A stretch of 32,000 nucleotides of DNA from an archaeon (GCA_041677685.1 JBAYPN010000005.1:1-32000), one strand, 5' to 3'; numbered from the stretch's first letter, positions 1 through 8,074 are shown. Translations and numbers: made by a program. The notes: generated from the sequence alone by a model not told the origin.

Positions 1-1
1 A

Positions 2-169
2 ATCTATGCAGCTTTAAAAGCAATTGCAGATTCAAATTTAAAATGTGCTTATGATAAAAAAGCTTTCCCTTTAGATGAAAGAATTGAAGGAAAGCATATT
101 GATAGTCATTTGAAAAATAATATTACAAAAGACTTTAATGAAATTAAATCAAAAATTTTAAAAAATTAA
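2..169 (+). CDS. rpl18: 50S ribosomal protein uL18 (L18/L5e family), C-terminal fragment; the 5' end lies off the window
   Basis: Frame 2 is open from the window edge and reads IYAALKAIADSNLKCAYDKKAFPLDERIEGKHIDSH..., ending at TAA 167-169. The AxxAxxD...FP...RIxGxHI pattern resembles uL18 C-termini. It sits directly upstream of uS5, as in the archaeal spc cluster. Confidence 0.6.
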   Translation: MYAALKAIADSNLKCAYDKKAFPLDERIEGKHIDSHLKNNITKDFNEIKSKILKN

Positions 170-186
170 AATTAATGTGAAATAAT

Positions 187-891
187 ATGTCTGTAGATAG
201 AAAAGAAAAAACTGATAACCCAAAAAGAAAGGGTAGAGAAAGACGAGCAAGAACTGAAAGAAGTTTAAATATAAATTTTGATAAAAATTTATGGGTTCCA
301 AAAACAATCTTAGGTAATAAAGTAAAGAATGGAGAATTAACAACCTTTGAAGATGTTTTTAAATTCGGAAAGATTATGGAACCAGAGATCATTGATTTTC
401 TAATACCTGATCTAAAAATAAAAATTGTTGACATTAAAAAAACAACAAGAGTTACAAGAGCAGGTAGACATTTTTCTTTTAGAGTTTCTGCGATTGTTGG
501 AGATGGTGCTGGACATATAGGTCTTGGATCAGGAAAGAATATTGAAAGAATAACTGCCCAAGAAAAAGCAATCCAAAAAGCAAAATTAAATATTATTGGA
601 ATCAAAAGAGGATCAGGAAGTTGGGAAAGTAACACCTATGATGATAACTCTGTACCTTACAGAACAATTGGAAAATGTGCGTCATTAAGAGTAGAGTTGT
701 TGCCTGCACCAAAAGGAATTGGTTTAGCTGTAAGTGAATCTATTAAACCAGTTTTTGAGTTAGCAGGAATTACTAATGTTTGGTCAAAGACAAGAGGAGC
801 AACAGACACTAAATTAAATTTTGTTAGAGCAACAATTGATGCTTTAAATAATTTAAGTAATTTAAAAGTTTTAAACAAAAAAGAAGAATGA
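187..891 (+). CDS. rps5: 30S ribosomal protein uS5
   Basis: 234-aa ORF with the S5 core RVTRAGRHFSFRVSAIVGDGAGHIGLGSGK; lies between uL18 and uL30. Confidence 0.95.
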   Translation: MSVDRKEKTDNPKRKGRERRARTERSLNINFDKNLWVPKTILGNKVKNGELTTFEDVFKFGKIMEPEIIDFLIPDLKIKIVDIKKTTRVTRAGRHFSFRVSAIVGDGAGHIGLGSGKNIERITAQEKAIQKAKLNIIGIKRGSGSWESNTYDDNSVPYRTIGKCASLRVELLPAPKGIGLAVSESIKPVFELAGITNVWSKTRGATDTKLNFVRATIDALNNLSNLKVLNKKEE

Positions 892-922
892 AAATAATTT
901 TATATTTTAAGAAGGAATAACT

Positions 923-1381
923 ATGTTTGCAATATTAAGAGTTAGAGGAAAAATTGGCGTTAACTATAAAATAGAACACAATTTAGAATTACTAAATTTA
1001 ACAAGAGTAAATCATTGTGTGTTATTAAAAAAATCTCCTGAGTTAATGGGTATGCTAAGAAAAGGCAAAGATTATATAACCTGGGGAGAAATAAATAAAG
1101 ACATCCTAAAATCCCTTTTAGAAAAAAGAGGAAAAGTTTATCTAGAAGATAACAAGTTAGTTCCATTTAAAGAAAAATATTCAAAAGATGTTGACAAAAT
1201 CATTACTGAACTTTTAGATGATAAAAAAACAATTAAAGATTATAATATTAAACAAGTATTTAGATTAAAGGCACCATCAAAAGGATATGATAGAAAAGGT
1301 GTTAAAAAAACATATGTTCAAGGCGGAGCTTTAGGTAACAGAGGAGAAAATATTAATAAACTTTTAAAGAAGATGATCTAA
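923..1381 (+). CDS. rpl30: 50S ribosomal protein uL30
   Basis: 152 aa. The N-terminus MFAILRVRGKIGV...LELLNLTRVNHCVLL and GMLRKGKDYITWGE are typical of archaeal L30; synteny agrees. Confidence 0.9.
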   Translation: MFAILRVRGKIGVNYKIEHNLELLNLTRVNHCVLLKKSPELMGMLRKGKDYITWGEINKDILKSLLEKRGKVYLEDNKLVPFKEKYSKDVDKIITELLDDKKTIKDYNIKQVFRLKAPSKGYDRKGVKKTYVQGGALGNRGENINKLLKKMI

Positions 1382-1431
1382 GTTAAATTAATGTTTTTAT
1401 AAAAATATATATTTTAAATTTGTGAAAAGGT

Positions 1432-1815
1432 ATGAGTAAATCAAAAGTAGACAGATTAAGAGGAAAAAGAACTCATGGTAAGGGAAACACCAAAAACAAT
1501 AGAGGTGGCGGAAGTAACGGTGGTAGAGGAAGAGGTGGCTCTTTTAAACACAAATTTACAAAGTATGCTCCACTTATAGGTGTAAGAAAATTACTTAAGC
1601 CAAGACTAAAGGCTAAAACACAATTAAAGACAATTACTTTAACAGATTTAGATTTAATTATTAGAGATCAGACAACAATTGATTTAAAACAATTAGGTTA
1701 TGAAAAGATTTTAGGAACAGGAAACATTTCTAAAAAAGTAACAATTAGAAATGTTAAGGCAATAACAAAAGTTGCAAAATCAAAGATTGAAGCTATTGGG
1801 GGCTTGATTGAATGA
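1432..1815 (+). CDS. rpl15: 50S ribosomal protein uL15
   Basis: 127 aa with the Gly/Arg-rich N-terminus RGKRTHGKGNTKNNRGGGSNGGRGRGG. Its stop overlaps the secY start (ATGA at 1812-1815). Confidence 0.9.
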   Translation: MSKSKVDRLRGKRTHGKGNTKNNRGGGSNGGRGRGGSFKHKFTKYAPLIGVRKLLKPRLKAKTQLKTITLTDLDLIIRDQTTIDLKQLGYEKILGTGNISKKVTIRNVKAITKVAKSKIEAIGGLIE

Positions 1816-3152
1816 GTTTTTATAGTATAGCTCAAAAGATCTTACCTTCCGTCAAAGATCCTTCAAAAGTTCCTGTTCTTAAAAAAAAATTAATTTGGAC
1901 AGGAATTGTTTTAGCTGTATTCTTTATCTTAGGTACAGTTAAGTTAATTGGAATCTCTCCAACAGCATTAGTTAATTTAGAATATTATCAAATGATTATG
2001 GCTAGTCAGTTAGGAACACTGATCAGTTTGGGAATTGGTCCAATTGTTCTTTCTTCAATTATCTTGCAGTTGTTGGTTGGAGTAAAAGTTATTAATTTAA
2101 ATTTTTCAAATCCTGAAGATAGAGCAAAATTTAGTATTTTACAAAAATTGTTTGCAGTTGTTTTGTCAATTGTAGAGGCAGTTGTTGCCGTAAGTGTAGG
2201 GATGTTAGTTCCTTTGCCAGGTATGGCTTTGTTTATTGTTATACAGGTTGCCTTAGGTTCTATATTGCTACTGTATTTAGATGAAGTGGTAAGCAAGTAT
2301 GGAATTGGTTCAGGTGTTGGATTGTTTATTGCAGCAGGGGTTTCTCAATCAATTATTTGGAGATTGTTTGCACTTCCTTCTGCAACATTAGGAACAAAGG
2401 GGTTGTTGTTTGTTGCTTTTGATTCTATAACAACTGGTGCAATCTCTCAATTAATTTCATCTTTTATAATTCCTTTGCTAGTAACTTTTGCAGTTTTTTT
2501 GATTGTGGTCTATGTTGAAGGAATGCATGTTAATATCCCTTTAACGGTCGGAAGAAGTGGTATTGGTGCAAAATATCCAGTAAAGTTATTATATGTTTCT
2601 AACATGCCAGTAATTTTAGCAGCAACTTTGTTTGCAAATGTTGCTTTGTTTGTAAATCTTGCAAAGAATACATTTTTAGAAAATATTATGTTTAAAATAG
2701 CAGCAGTATTAACCCCTCAGTATGGGCTCTTAGAAAGTACAATTTTAGGTGGTGCTACTTGGGGGATGTGGGGTAGCGCTTTAATCTATATGGTAATATT
2801 TGTTGTAACCTGTGTGTTGTTTGGTAAATTTTGGGTGCAGGTTGGAGGACAAGATTCTGCTTCAGTTGCAAAGCAATTGCAGAGCTCAGGTATGTCAATT
2901 CCTGGGTTTAGAAGGGACCAGAGAGTGTTAACAACCGTATTAAAAAGATATATACCCACAATTACTATATTAGGGTCAATATTTGTTAGTTTACTTGCAT
3001 TCTTTTCTGACCTGACAGGTGCTATAGGTTCTGGAATTGGAATCCTATTAACAGTTGGAATTATTTATAAGTTCTATGAACAAATTGCAAAAGACCCTAT
3101 GTTTGTATCAAGTGGGTTGATGAAAAATATAGTTGGTAAGAATAAAAATTAG
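1812..3152 (+). CDS. secY: Protein translocase subunit SecY
   Basis: 446-aa polytopic membrane protein directly after uL15. It has SecY-like segments (GIGPIVLSSIILQLL, LYLDEVVSKYGIGSGVGLFI, GFRRD). Confidence 0.95.
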   Translation: MSFYSIAQKILPSVKDPSKVPVLKKKLIWTGIVLAVFFILGTVKLIGISPTALVNLEYYQMIMASQLGTLISLGIGPIVLSSIILQLLVGVKVINLNFSNPEDRAKFSILQKLFAVVLSIVEAVVAVSVGMLVPLPGMALFIVIQVALGSILLLYLDEVVSKYGIGSGVGLFIAAGVSQSIIWRLFALPSATLGTKGLLFVAFDSITTGAISQLISSFIIPLLVTFAVFLIVVYVEGMHVNIPLTVGRSGIGAKYPVKLLYVSNMPVILAATLFANVALFVNLAKNTFLENIMFKIAAVLTPQYGLLESTILGGATWGMWGSALIYMVIFVVTCVLFGKFWVQVGGQDSASVAKQLQSSGMSIPGFRRDQRVLTTVLKRYIPTITILGSIFVSLLAFFSDLTGAIGSGIGILLTVGIIYKFYEQIAKDPMFVSSGLMKNIVGKNKN

Positions 3153-3165
3153 AGGTTTGAAAAAA

Positions 3166-3633
3166 ATGTTTGTTTCTCCGTTAGTTAATGTTTGGGTTGA
3201 TATGATAATTATTGTTATTGTTTTTGCAGTAGCAAACAAGTTAGTACAACACTTAACAATTAATCCAAAAGATTATTTTTATGTTAAATTAAAATCAAAA
3301 GCAATTAATAAAGAAATGAAAGTATTAGCTAATGAACAGAAAATGACAGAAGTTAAGGCTAAACAGAAAGAGGCTTTTAAGTTGGTTGGAGATCAATTTA
3401 AGATGACTAAAAAATCAATGTTTATAATGTTAATTATTGCATTCCCTTTGTTGTGGTTTGTAAAAGAATATTATAGTGAATTGGTTTATAATTTTGGACT
3501 CTTTGTTGTAAATGGTTTTTGGGCTTATGTTATTTTAGGAGTTGTAATTTCTATGATTATAAGTGGAATTTATGATAAGGTGCTAGTAAAGAAGTATTAC
3601 CCAAATGGGTTGGTTGAAAAAAGTAAAAATTAA
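3166..3633 (+). CDS. DUF106-type membrane protein (archaeal YidC/Oxa1/EMC3-like insertase candidate)
   Basis: Architecture is TM1, then a Lys/Glu-rich coiled segment (KSKAINKEMKVLANEQKMTEVKAKQKEAFK), then two C-terminal TMs. It lies downstream of secY, where DUF106 genes sit in archaea. I chose ATG 3166; the track's TTG 3133 start overlaps secY and adds only 11 aa. Confidence 0.55.
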   Translation: MFVSPLVNVWVDMIIIVIVFAVANKLVQHLTINPKDYFYVKLKSKAINKEMKVLANEQKMTEVKAKQKEAFKLVGDQFKMTKKSMFIMLIIAFPLLWFVKEYYSELVYNFGLFVVNGFWAYVILGVVISMIISGIYDKVLVKKYYPNGLVEKSKN

Positions 3634-3696
3634 AAATTGAAACAGAAATTAAAAATTGAAAAAAATTAAAAATTTAAAAAAGAAAATTAAAAATTT
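3630..3696. repeat. Four phased copies of TTAAAAATT in the intergenic region upstream of eL34
   Basis: TTAAAAATT occurs at 3630-3638, 3649-3657, 3666-3674 and 3687-3695 (spacings 19, 17 and 21 bp). Confidence 0.7.
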
Positions 3697-3753
3697 GAAT
3701 TTAAAAGAAATTTAAATTAAAGAGGAAATTAAAATTAATATAGGTGAAATGTT

Positions 3754-4098
3754 ATGCCAAATCCAAATCAAAAATATAAAAAACATAAAGTTGTAAAGAC
3801 CCCAAGTGGAAAACAAAGTAGATTGATACTTAAGAAAAAACCTTCAAAACATGTTTGTGCATTAAGTAAAAAACCATTGTTTGGTATGCCTAATGGTAAA
3901 AGACCTTTTGAGGTTGCAAGACTTTTTAAGACACAAAGAAGACCTGAAAATCCATTGGCTTCAATGATTGCACCAGATATTAGAAAGGATATTTACATAG
4001 AGTCAATTATGCTTAAGTATAATCTGATTACTGAAGATGATATTGACTTAAGACATAAAAAATATATTGGTATGATTATAAGTAAAGTAGAAAAATAG
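3754..4098 (+). CDS. rpl34e: 50S ribosomal protein eL34
   Basis: 114 aa. KTPSGKQSRLILKKKPSKHVCALSKKPLFGMPNG matches the L34e pattern (TPGG...kkk...C..c...L.G). An SD (AGGTGA) lies upstream. Confidence 0.85.
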   Translation: MPNPNQKYKKHKVVKTPSGKQSRLILKKKPSKHVCALSKKPLFGMPNGKRPFEVARLFKTQRRPENPLASMIAPDIRKDIYIESIMLKYNLITEDDIDLRHKKYIGMIISKVEK

Positions 4099-4122
4099 AA
4101 ATATAAAAAAATAGTGATATTT

Positions 4123-4278
4123 ATGGGTATTTTAAAAGTTGGAAAAGAATGTATCTTAGTGCAGGGTACAGATTTTGGTAAAAAAATTAAAATTGAAAAA
4201 CTAGATAATAATTTTATTTATTATAAAGATAAAGATAAACTAAAAAAAGTAGGAATACTACATGTATTTCCTTTATAA
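4123..4278 (+). CDS. rpl14e: 50S ribosomal protein eL14, minimal 51-aa form (absent from the ORF track, apparently too short for it)
   Basis: Manual translation gives MGILKVGKECILVQGTDFGKKIKIEKLDNNFIYYKDKDKLKKVGILHVFPL. This lines up with the KOW/SH3 core of archaeal L14e as I recall it (VGR.c....G...G.k.vIv...D.NfvlV.G......RRvn..HL.P). It lies between eL34 and uS13, as expected. Confidence 0.6.
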   Translation: MGILKVGKECILVQGTDFGKKIKIEKLDNNFIYYKDKDKLKKVGILHVFPL

Positions 4279-4297
4279 ATAAAGAAAGGTAATAATT

Positions 4298-4930
4298 ATG
4301 GCTAAAAAAACAAACACAAAAGGTGGAAAAGGTAAAAAACCAACTAAAGGATCTAAAGGTCAAAAGGGTCAAAAGAACCCAAAGAAAGGTGGTAAGCAAG
4401 ATCTTGTAAAGGTTACAAAAACAGAAAGAGTTTTTAAACAAAAGACAAGACCTGTTCCAACACACATAGACCTAACAAAGGAAGGTAGTGACTTTAAACA
4501 AATTGTAAGACTTGTAAATAGAGATGTTCCTGGTTATTTATCAATTGGAAATGGAATAAAAACGATCTATGGAGTAAGTGATAGATTAGGAAAAGTAATT
4601 GATAAAGTCTTTTGTAAAAAAATTGGAAAAGATATTAAAAAAATTGGTTATCTGTCAGAAGAGGAAATTATATTGTTAGAAGAGACTTTATTAAATATTG
4701 ATAAAGAAGTTCCTGCTTGGATGATCAACAGATCAAAGACATCAGATGGAAGAAGTCTAAACTTAATTATGGCAGATCTAAAATTAGAAATTAGAAAAGA
4801 TCTTCAAAAACTTGGAAAAATGAAAAGTTATAGAGGTCTAAGATTACAATGGGGTCTAACAGTAAGAGGACAAAAAACAAAATCAAGCTTTAGAAGAAGT
4901 GGGGCTGTTGGAGTAACTAAAAAGAAATAA
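4298..4930 (+). CDS. rps13: 30S ribosomal protein uS13 with a ~60-aa Lys/Gly-rich N-terminal extension
   Basis: The S13 core starts near FKQIVRLVNRDVPG and ends KSYRGLRLQWGLTVRGQKTKS. It is preceded by MAKKTNTKGGKGKKPTKGSKGQKGQKNPKKGGKQ... An SD (AAGGT) lies upstream of ATG 4298. Confidence 0.9.
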   Translation: MAKKTNTKGGKGKKPTKGSKGQKGQKNPKKGGKQDLVKVTKTERVFKQKTRPVPTHIDLTKEGSDFKQIVRLVNRDVPGYLSIGNGIKTIYGVSDRLGKVIDKVFCKKIGKDIKKIGYLSEEEIILLEETLLNIDKEVPAWMINRSKTSDGRSLNLIMADLKLEIRKDLQKLGKMKSYRGLRLQWGLTVRGQKTKSSFRRSGAVGVTKKK

Positions 4931-4951
4931 AATTTAAATAAGTGATGAATT

Positions 4952-5533
4952 ATGGGTGATCCTAAAAGATTAGAAAGACAATATGATGTTCCAAGAATGA
5001 AATGGAATAAATCAAAAATTAGAGCTGATAAAAAAATAATGTCTGAATATGGCTTAAAAACAAAAAAAGAAATTTGGAAAGCAGAAACAGAAGTTAGAAA
5101 GTTCAGAAAAAGAGCAAGATTACTTTTGGCAGGAAGAATTGATGACTATGCTACAAGAAAGGATGAACTTTTAAAAAGATTAGAAGGCATAGGAATTTTA
5201 TCTAAAGACTCCAAGATAGAAGATGTTCTAAAACTAGAAGCAACTGATTTTTTAGACAGAAGATTACAGACTTTAGTTTTTAGAAATGGACTTGCCTTAA
5301 CAGCTAATCAAGCTAGACAATTAATTACACATAATCACATCTTAGTTAATGGAAAGGTTAGAACAATTCCTGGCTCCTTAATTAAAGCAGGAGAATTAAT
5401 TGCATATTCAAATACTAAAATTAAAAATGAAATAGATAGGTCTTTAGAAGAAAAAGGAAAACCAGTATCTAAAGAAAAAAAATCTGCAAAAGAAAAAGAA
5501 AACAAAGAAACTGCAGAACCTAAAAAGGAGTGA
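4952..5533 (+). CDS. rps4: 30S ribosomal protein uS4
   Basis: 193 aa. MGDPKRLERQYDVPRMKW and the S4 RNA-binding domain (ANQARQLITHNHILVNGKVRTIPG) are present, followed by a K/E-rich C-terminal tail. Confidence 0.9.
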   Translation: MGDPKRLERQYDVPRMKWNKSKIRADKKIMSEYGLKTKKEIWKAETEVRKFRKRARLLLAGRIDDYATRKDELLKRLEGIGILSKDSKIEDVLKLEATDFLDRRLQTLVFRNGLALTANQARQLITHNHILVNGKVRTIPGSLIKAGELIAYSNTKIKNEIDRSLEEKGKPVSKEKKSAKEKENKETAEPKKE

Positions 5534-5539
5534 TGATTA

Positions 5540-5929
5540 ATGGCTAGTGCTGAAAAAGTTGGAGTTGTAAATATTTTTGCATCAAGAAATAACACCATCA
5601 TGGTGCTTACAGATGAAAGTGGTGCAGAAACTATTGCAAAATCATCAGGTGGACAATTAACAAAATCTCAACATAAAGAAGGATCTCCTTATATTGCTAT
5701 GAAGATGGCACAAGTGATTGCTGAAAAAGCAAAAGAAAAAGGAATTAAAGAAATTTATGTGAAAATTAGAGCACCAGGTGGTAATTTATATAATAATCCT
5801 GGACAAGGTGCTGAGCCTTCAATTAAGTCGTTAACAAGATATGGCTTAAGAATAATCAGTATCTTAAACACAACACCTATGCCTCATGATGGTTGTAGAA
5901 AAAAGAAATCTCATAGAAGAAAAAAATAA
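5540..5929 (+). CDS. rps11: 30S ribosomal protein uS11
   Basis: 129 aa with GVVNIFASRNNTIMVLTD...KIRAPGGN...PGQGAEPSIKSLTRYGLRI, the typical S11 core. Confidence 0.95.
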   Translation: MASAEKVGVVNIFASRNNTIMVLTDESGAETIAKSSGGQLTKSQHKEGSPYIAMKMAQVIAEKAKEKGIKEIYVKIRAPGGNLYNNPGQGAEPSIKSLTRYGLRIISILNTTPMPHDGCRKKKSHRRKK

Positions 5930-5965
5930 TATTTCATAGAAAAATAAAATAGTTTGTGATTGAAT

Positions 5966-6703
5966 ATGGTTAGAATTAAATTTTTAGAAAATGATGGTAA
6001 GGTATACAGATATCTTTTAGAAAATACTGATTATTCTTATTTAAATGCAATAAGAAGGATTATCACTTATTTAGTGCCTACTTATGGTATTGATGAAATT
6101 GATTTTTTTGAAAATGATTCTGTAGTTGTAGATGAGATGCTTGCAAACAGAATTGGACTTTGCCCAATCAACACGCCATTAGTTAATACTGGTAAAAAAG
6201 TTACATTTAAGTTAGAAGAAGAAGGTCCAAAAACAGTTTATTCAAAAGATTTTATATCAAATGATCCTGAAATAAAAATGGTGTATGACACCATTCCTTT
6301 AACAAAATTAAATGAAGGAGAAAGACTAAAGTTAGAAGCTTATGCAAATGTTGGAAGCGGTAGAGAACATGTAAAATATTCTCCTGCAATTGTTTCTTAC
6401 GCACAAGTTTATGATTTAGAAATTACAAGAGGTTGTGAAAGTTGTAAAGCCTGCTTTGAAAGGTGTTTGGTGAATTCAATTAAGCAAGATTCAACAAAAC
6501 AAATCTTATTAAATCCAAAAGATTATGATTATTGTGTATCTTGTGCAGAAAAGTGTGATAAAAAGTGTTTAAAAATCAACAGTACCAATAATTATATATT
6601 AACCATAGAATTAATTGGTCAAAATTCAATAAATGATTTACTAAAATTAACAGAAAGATATCTTGTAGAAAATATAGGTGTCTTTAAAAAGAAAATAAAA
6701 TAA
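5966..6703 (+). CDS. rpoD: DNA-directed RNA polymerase subunit D (Rpo3) with an 8-Cys ferredoxin-like insert
   Basis: It follows uS13-uS4-uS11 as in the archaeal alpha cluster. It has LANRIGLCPI and LANAIRRI-like (LNAIRRII) motifs, plus CESCKACFERC and CVSCAEKCDKKC. I chose ATG 5966; the track starts at TTG 5960. Confidence 0.85.
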   Translation: MVRIKFLENDGKVYRYLLENTDYSYLNAIRRIITYLVPTYGIDEIDFFENDSVVVDEMLANRIGLCPINTPLVNTGKKVTFKLEEEGPKTVYSKDFISNDPEIKMVYDTIPLTKLNEGERLKLEAYANVGSGREHVKYSPAIVSYAQVYDLEITRGCESCKACFERCLVNSIKQDSTKQILLNPKDYDYCVSCAEKCDKKCLKINSTNNYILTIELIGQNSINDLLKLTERYLVENIGVFKKKIK

Positions 6704-6739
6704 GATTTAAGTAAAAAAAGAGAAAGAGATTTTTATTCT

Positions 6740-6821
6740 GCTGGGATTCCCGAGTGGTCAAAGGGGCAGGACTTAAGATCCTGTGCTTAGTGCTTCGCAG
6801 GTTCGAATCCTGTTCCCAGCA
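6740..6821 (+). tRNA. tRNA-Leu (anticodon UAA), class II with a long variable arm; no encoded CCA
   Basis: Acceptor GCTGGGA/TCCCAGC plus discriminator A. Anticodon stem CAGGA/TCCTG with loop CTTAAGA. T-arm GCAGG-TTCGAAT-CCTGT. Confidence 0.9.
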
Positions 6822-6851
6822 TTTAAAATTAATAAAGATGATGTGAAGATT

Positions 6852-7211
6852 ATGAGTGTAAAAAGAGATACAATTAATTTAGAAAAAAAAGATATAATAA
6901 ATAAGTTATATGAAACTTATAGACTTAAGAAAAAAAATATCTTTAGAAGACTTGCAGAGATATTAAAAACACCAAGTAGAAATTTAGCTTCTGTAAATTT
7001 ATCTAAATTTGAAAAATTAAAAAATGTTGTAGACGGCTCAGTGGTAGTTGTGCCAGGAAAGGTTTTAGGTGTTGGTGAACTTTCAAAAAAGATTACAATA
7101 TATGCTTATCAATATTCTAGTACAGCAAAAACAAAATTCAAAAATATAAAAAACTTAGATGATTTTTGTGATGCTGATGTAGACTTTAAAAAAATAATTA
7201 TTATTAAATAA
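6852..7211 (+). CDS. rpl18e: 50S ribosomal protein eL18
   Basis: 119 aa from ATG 6852. FRRLAEILKTPSRNLASVNLSKF...VVVVPGKVLGVGELSKKITIYAYQYSSTAK resembles L18e. The track ORF start (6783) lies inside the tRNA-Leu gene and is rejected. Confidence 0.8.
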   Translation: MSVKRDTINLEKKDIINKLYETYRLKKKNIFRRLAEILKTPSRNLASVNLSKFEKLKNVVDGSVVVVPGKVLGVGELSKKITIYAYQYSSTAKTKFKNIKNLDDFCDADVDFKKIIIIK

Positions 7212-7231
7212 ATTATGTTTGGTGAATTAAA

Positions 7232-7660
7232 ATGATATTAATAAATGGAAAAAATAAAATTTTAGGAAGACTTTGCACAGAAGTTGCAGAGAAATTATTA
7301 AAGCAGAATGATAAAATAGTTATAGTTAATTCTAAAGATGTAATTATTAGTGGAAATCCTACATTAATTGTTAAAGAATATTTAGAAAGATTAGATAGAG
7401 GTGGAAAAGGAAACCCAGAGAATAATCCTAAATATCCTAGATACCCCCACACAATTGTAAAAAGAGCAGTAAGAGGTATGCTTCCAAGAAACCCAAAAGG
7501 AGTAAATGCACTTAAAAAGTTAACAACACATATTGCTGTGCCTTTAGAGTATAAGGATTTGTTACCTAAACCTGAAACTTTAAAAAATGTAAGTCACATT
7601 GCATTAGAAGAATTGTCTATTAAGTTAGGTGCAAAAATAAAAAAGATAGAGACTGATTAG
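7232..7660 (+). CDS. rpl13: 50S ribosomal protein uL13
   Basis: 142 aa. MILINGKNKILGRLCTEVAEKLL...VIVNSKDVIISG fits the L13 N-terminal pattern; synteny is eL18-uL13-uS9. Confidence 0.9.
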   Translation: MILINGKNKILGRLCTEVAEKLLKQNDKIVIVNSKDVIISGNPTLIVKEYLERLDRGGKGNPENNPKYPRYPHTIVKRAVRGMLPRNPKGVNALKKLTTHIAVPLEYKDLLPKPETLKNVSHIALEELSIKLGAKIKKIETD

Positions 7661-7662
7661 TT

Positions 7663-8067
7663 ATGGTAAAAGATTATAATGTTAAAGCTTCTAGAAAGAA
7701 ATCAACTGCAAGAGCATTTGTAAAGCCTGGAAAAGGAAATATTAGAATAAACAATATGCATATAGATGCATTTGTTACTGGTTACAAAAAATTATTAATA
7801 TTAGAACCAATACATCTAGTTCCTGAAGAATTTAGTAAATTAGATTTTCAAATTAATGTTTCTGGAGGAGGAGTTTCTTCTCAAGCCCAAGCCATTAGAA
7901 ACTGTATTGCTAAAGGAATTGTTGTTGCTACAGGTAACAAAAAATCAATAAAAGATAAATTTACTGAATCAAATAGATATCTATTAATTGATGATGTTAG
8001 AAATAAAGAACCTAAAAAGCAACTAGGTAAAGGTGCTAGAAAAATGAAACAAAAATCTAAAAGGTGA
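7663..8067 (+). CDS. rps9: 30S ribosomal protein uS9
   Basis: 134 aa with GKGNIRINN, VSGGGVSSQAQAIRNCIAKG and a basic C-terminus ending KSKR. Confidence 0.9.
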   Translation: MVKDYNVKASRKKSTARAFVKPGKGNIRINNMHIDAFVTGYKKLLILEPIHLVPEEFSKLDFQINVSGGGVSSQAQAIRNCIAKGIVVATGNKKSIKDKFTESNRYLLIDDVRNKEPKKQLGKGARKMKQKSKR

Positions 8068-8074
8068 ATTAAAA

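Noticed and set aside
144-635. 163-aa minus-strand ORF antisense to uS5. Similar antisense ORFs occur at 960-1166, 2006-2296, 4214-4465, 5335-5601, 7213-7452, 8589-8873, 10877-11110, 11961-12374, 13065-13316 and 14343-14591. More occur at 15703-15957, 16249-16590, 17808-18173, 18423-18824, 19650-20150, 22687-22968, 25756-25950, 26215-26454, 26993-27181 and 30474-30698.
   Set aside because: Each lies opposite a confidently identified gene. The coding strands are rich in AAA/GAA/AAG codons, so their complements (TTT/TTC/CTT) rarely form stops. The translations are Phe/Leu/Ser-rich low-complexity strings with no recognisable motifs.
3133-3165. Upstream TTG starts used by the ORF track for the DUF106 gene (3133) and rpoD (5960).
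   Set aside because: Each adds only a few residues, and 3133 overlaps secY. A nearby ATG downstream of an SD-like box is a more economical start. I kept the non-ATG starts for aIF5B (TTG 11086) and the CPBP protease (GTG 16746), because conserved N-terminal sequence or the lack of any ATG requires them.
3630-3696. AT-rich tandem repeats here and at 15022-15077, considered as a CRISPR array or mobile-element ends.
   Set aside because: The units are 17-21 bp with no unique spacers between them and are pure A/T. They lie in promoter-position spacers, and there are no cas or transposase genes in the window.
6783-6851. N-terminal 23 aa of the track ORF 6783-7211 (MLSASQVRILFPAFKINKDDVKI).
   Set aside because: This stretch is the 3' half of the tRNA-Leu gene read as protein. 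The real eL18 start is ATG 6852.
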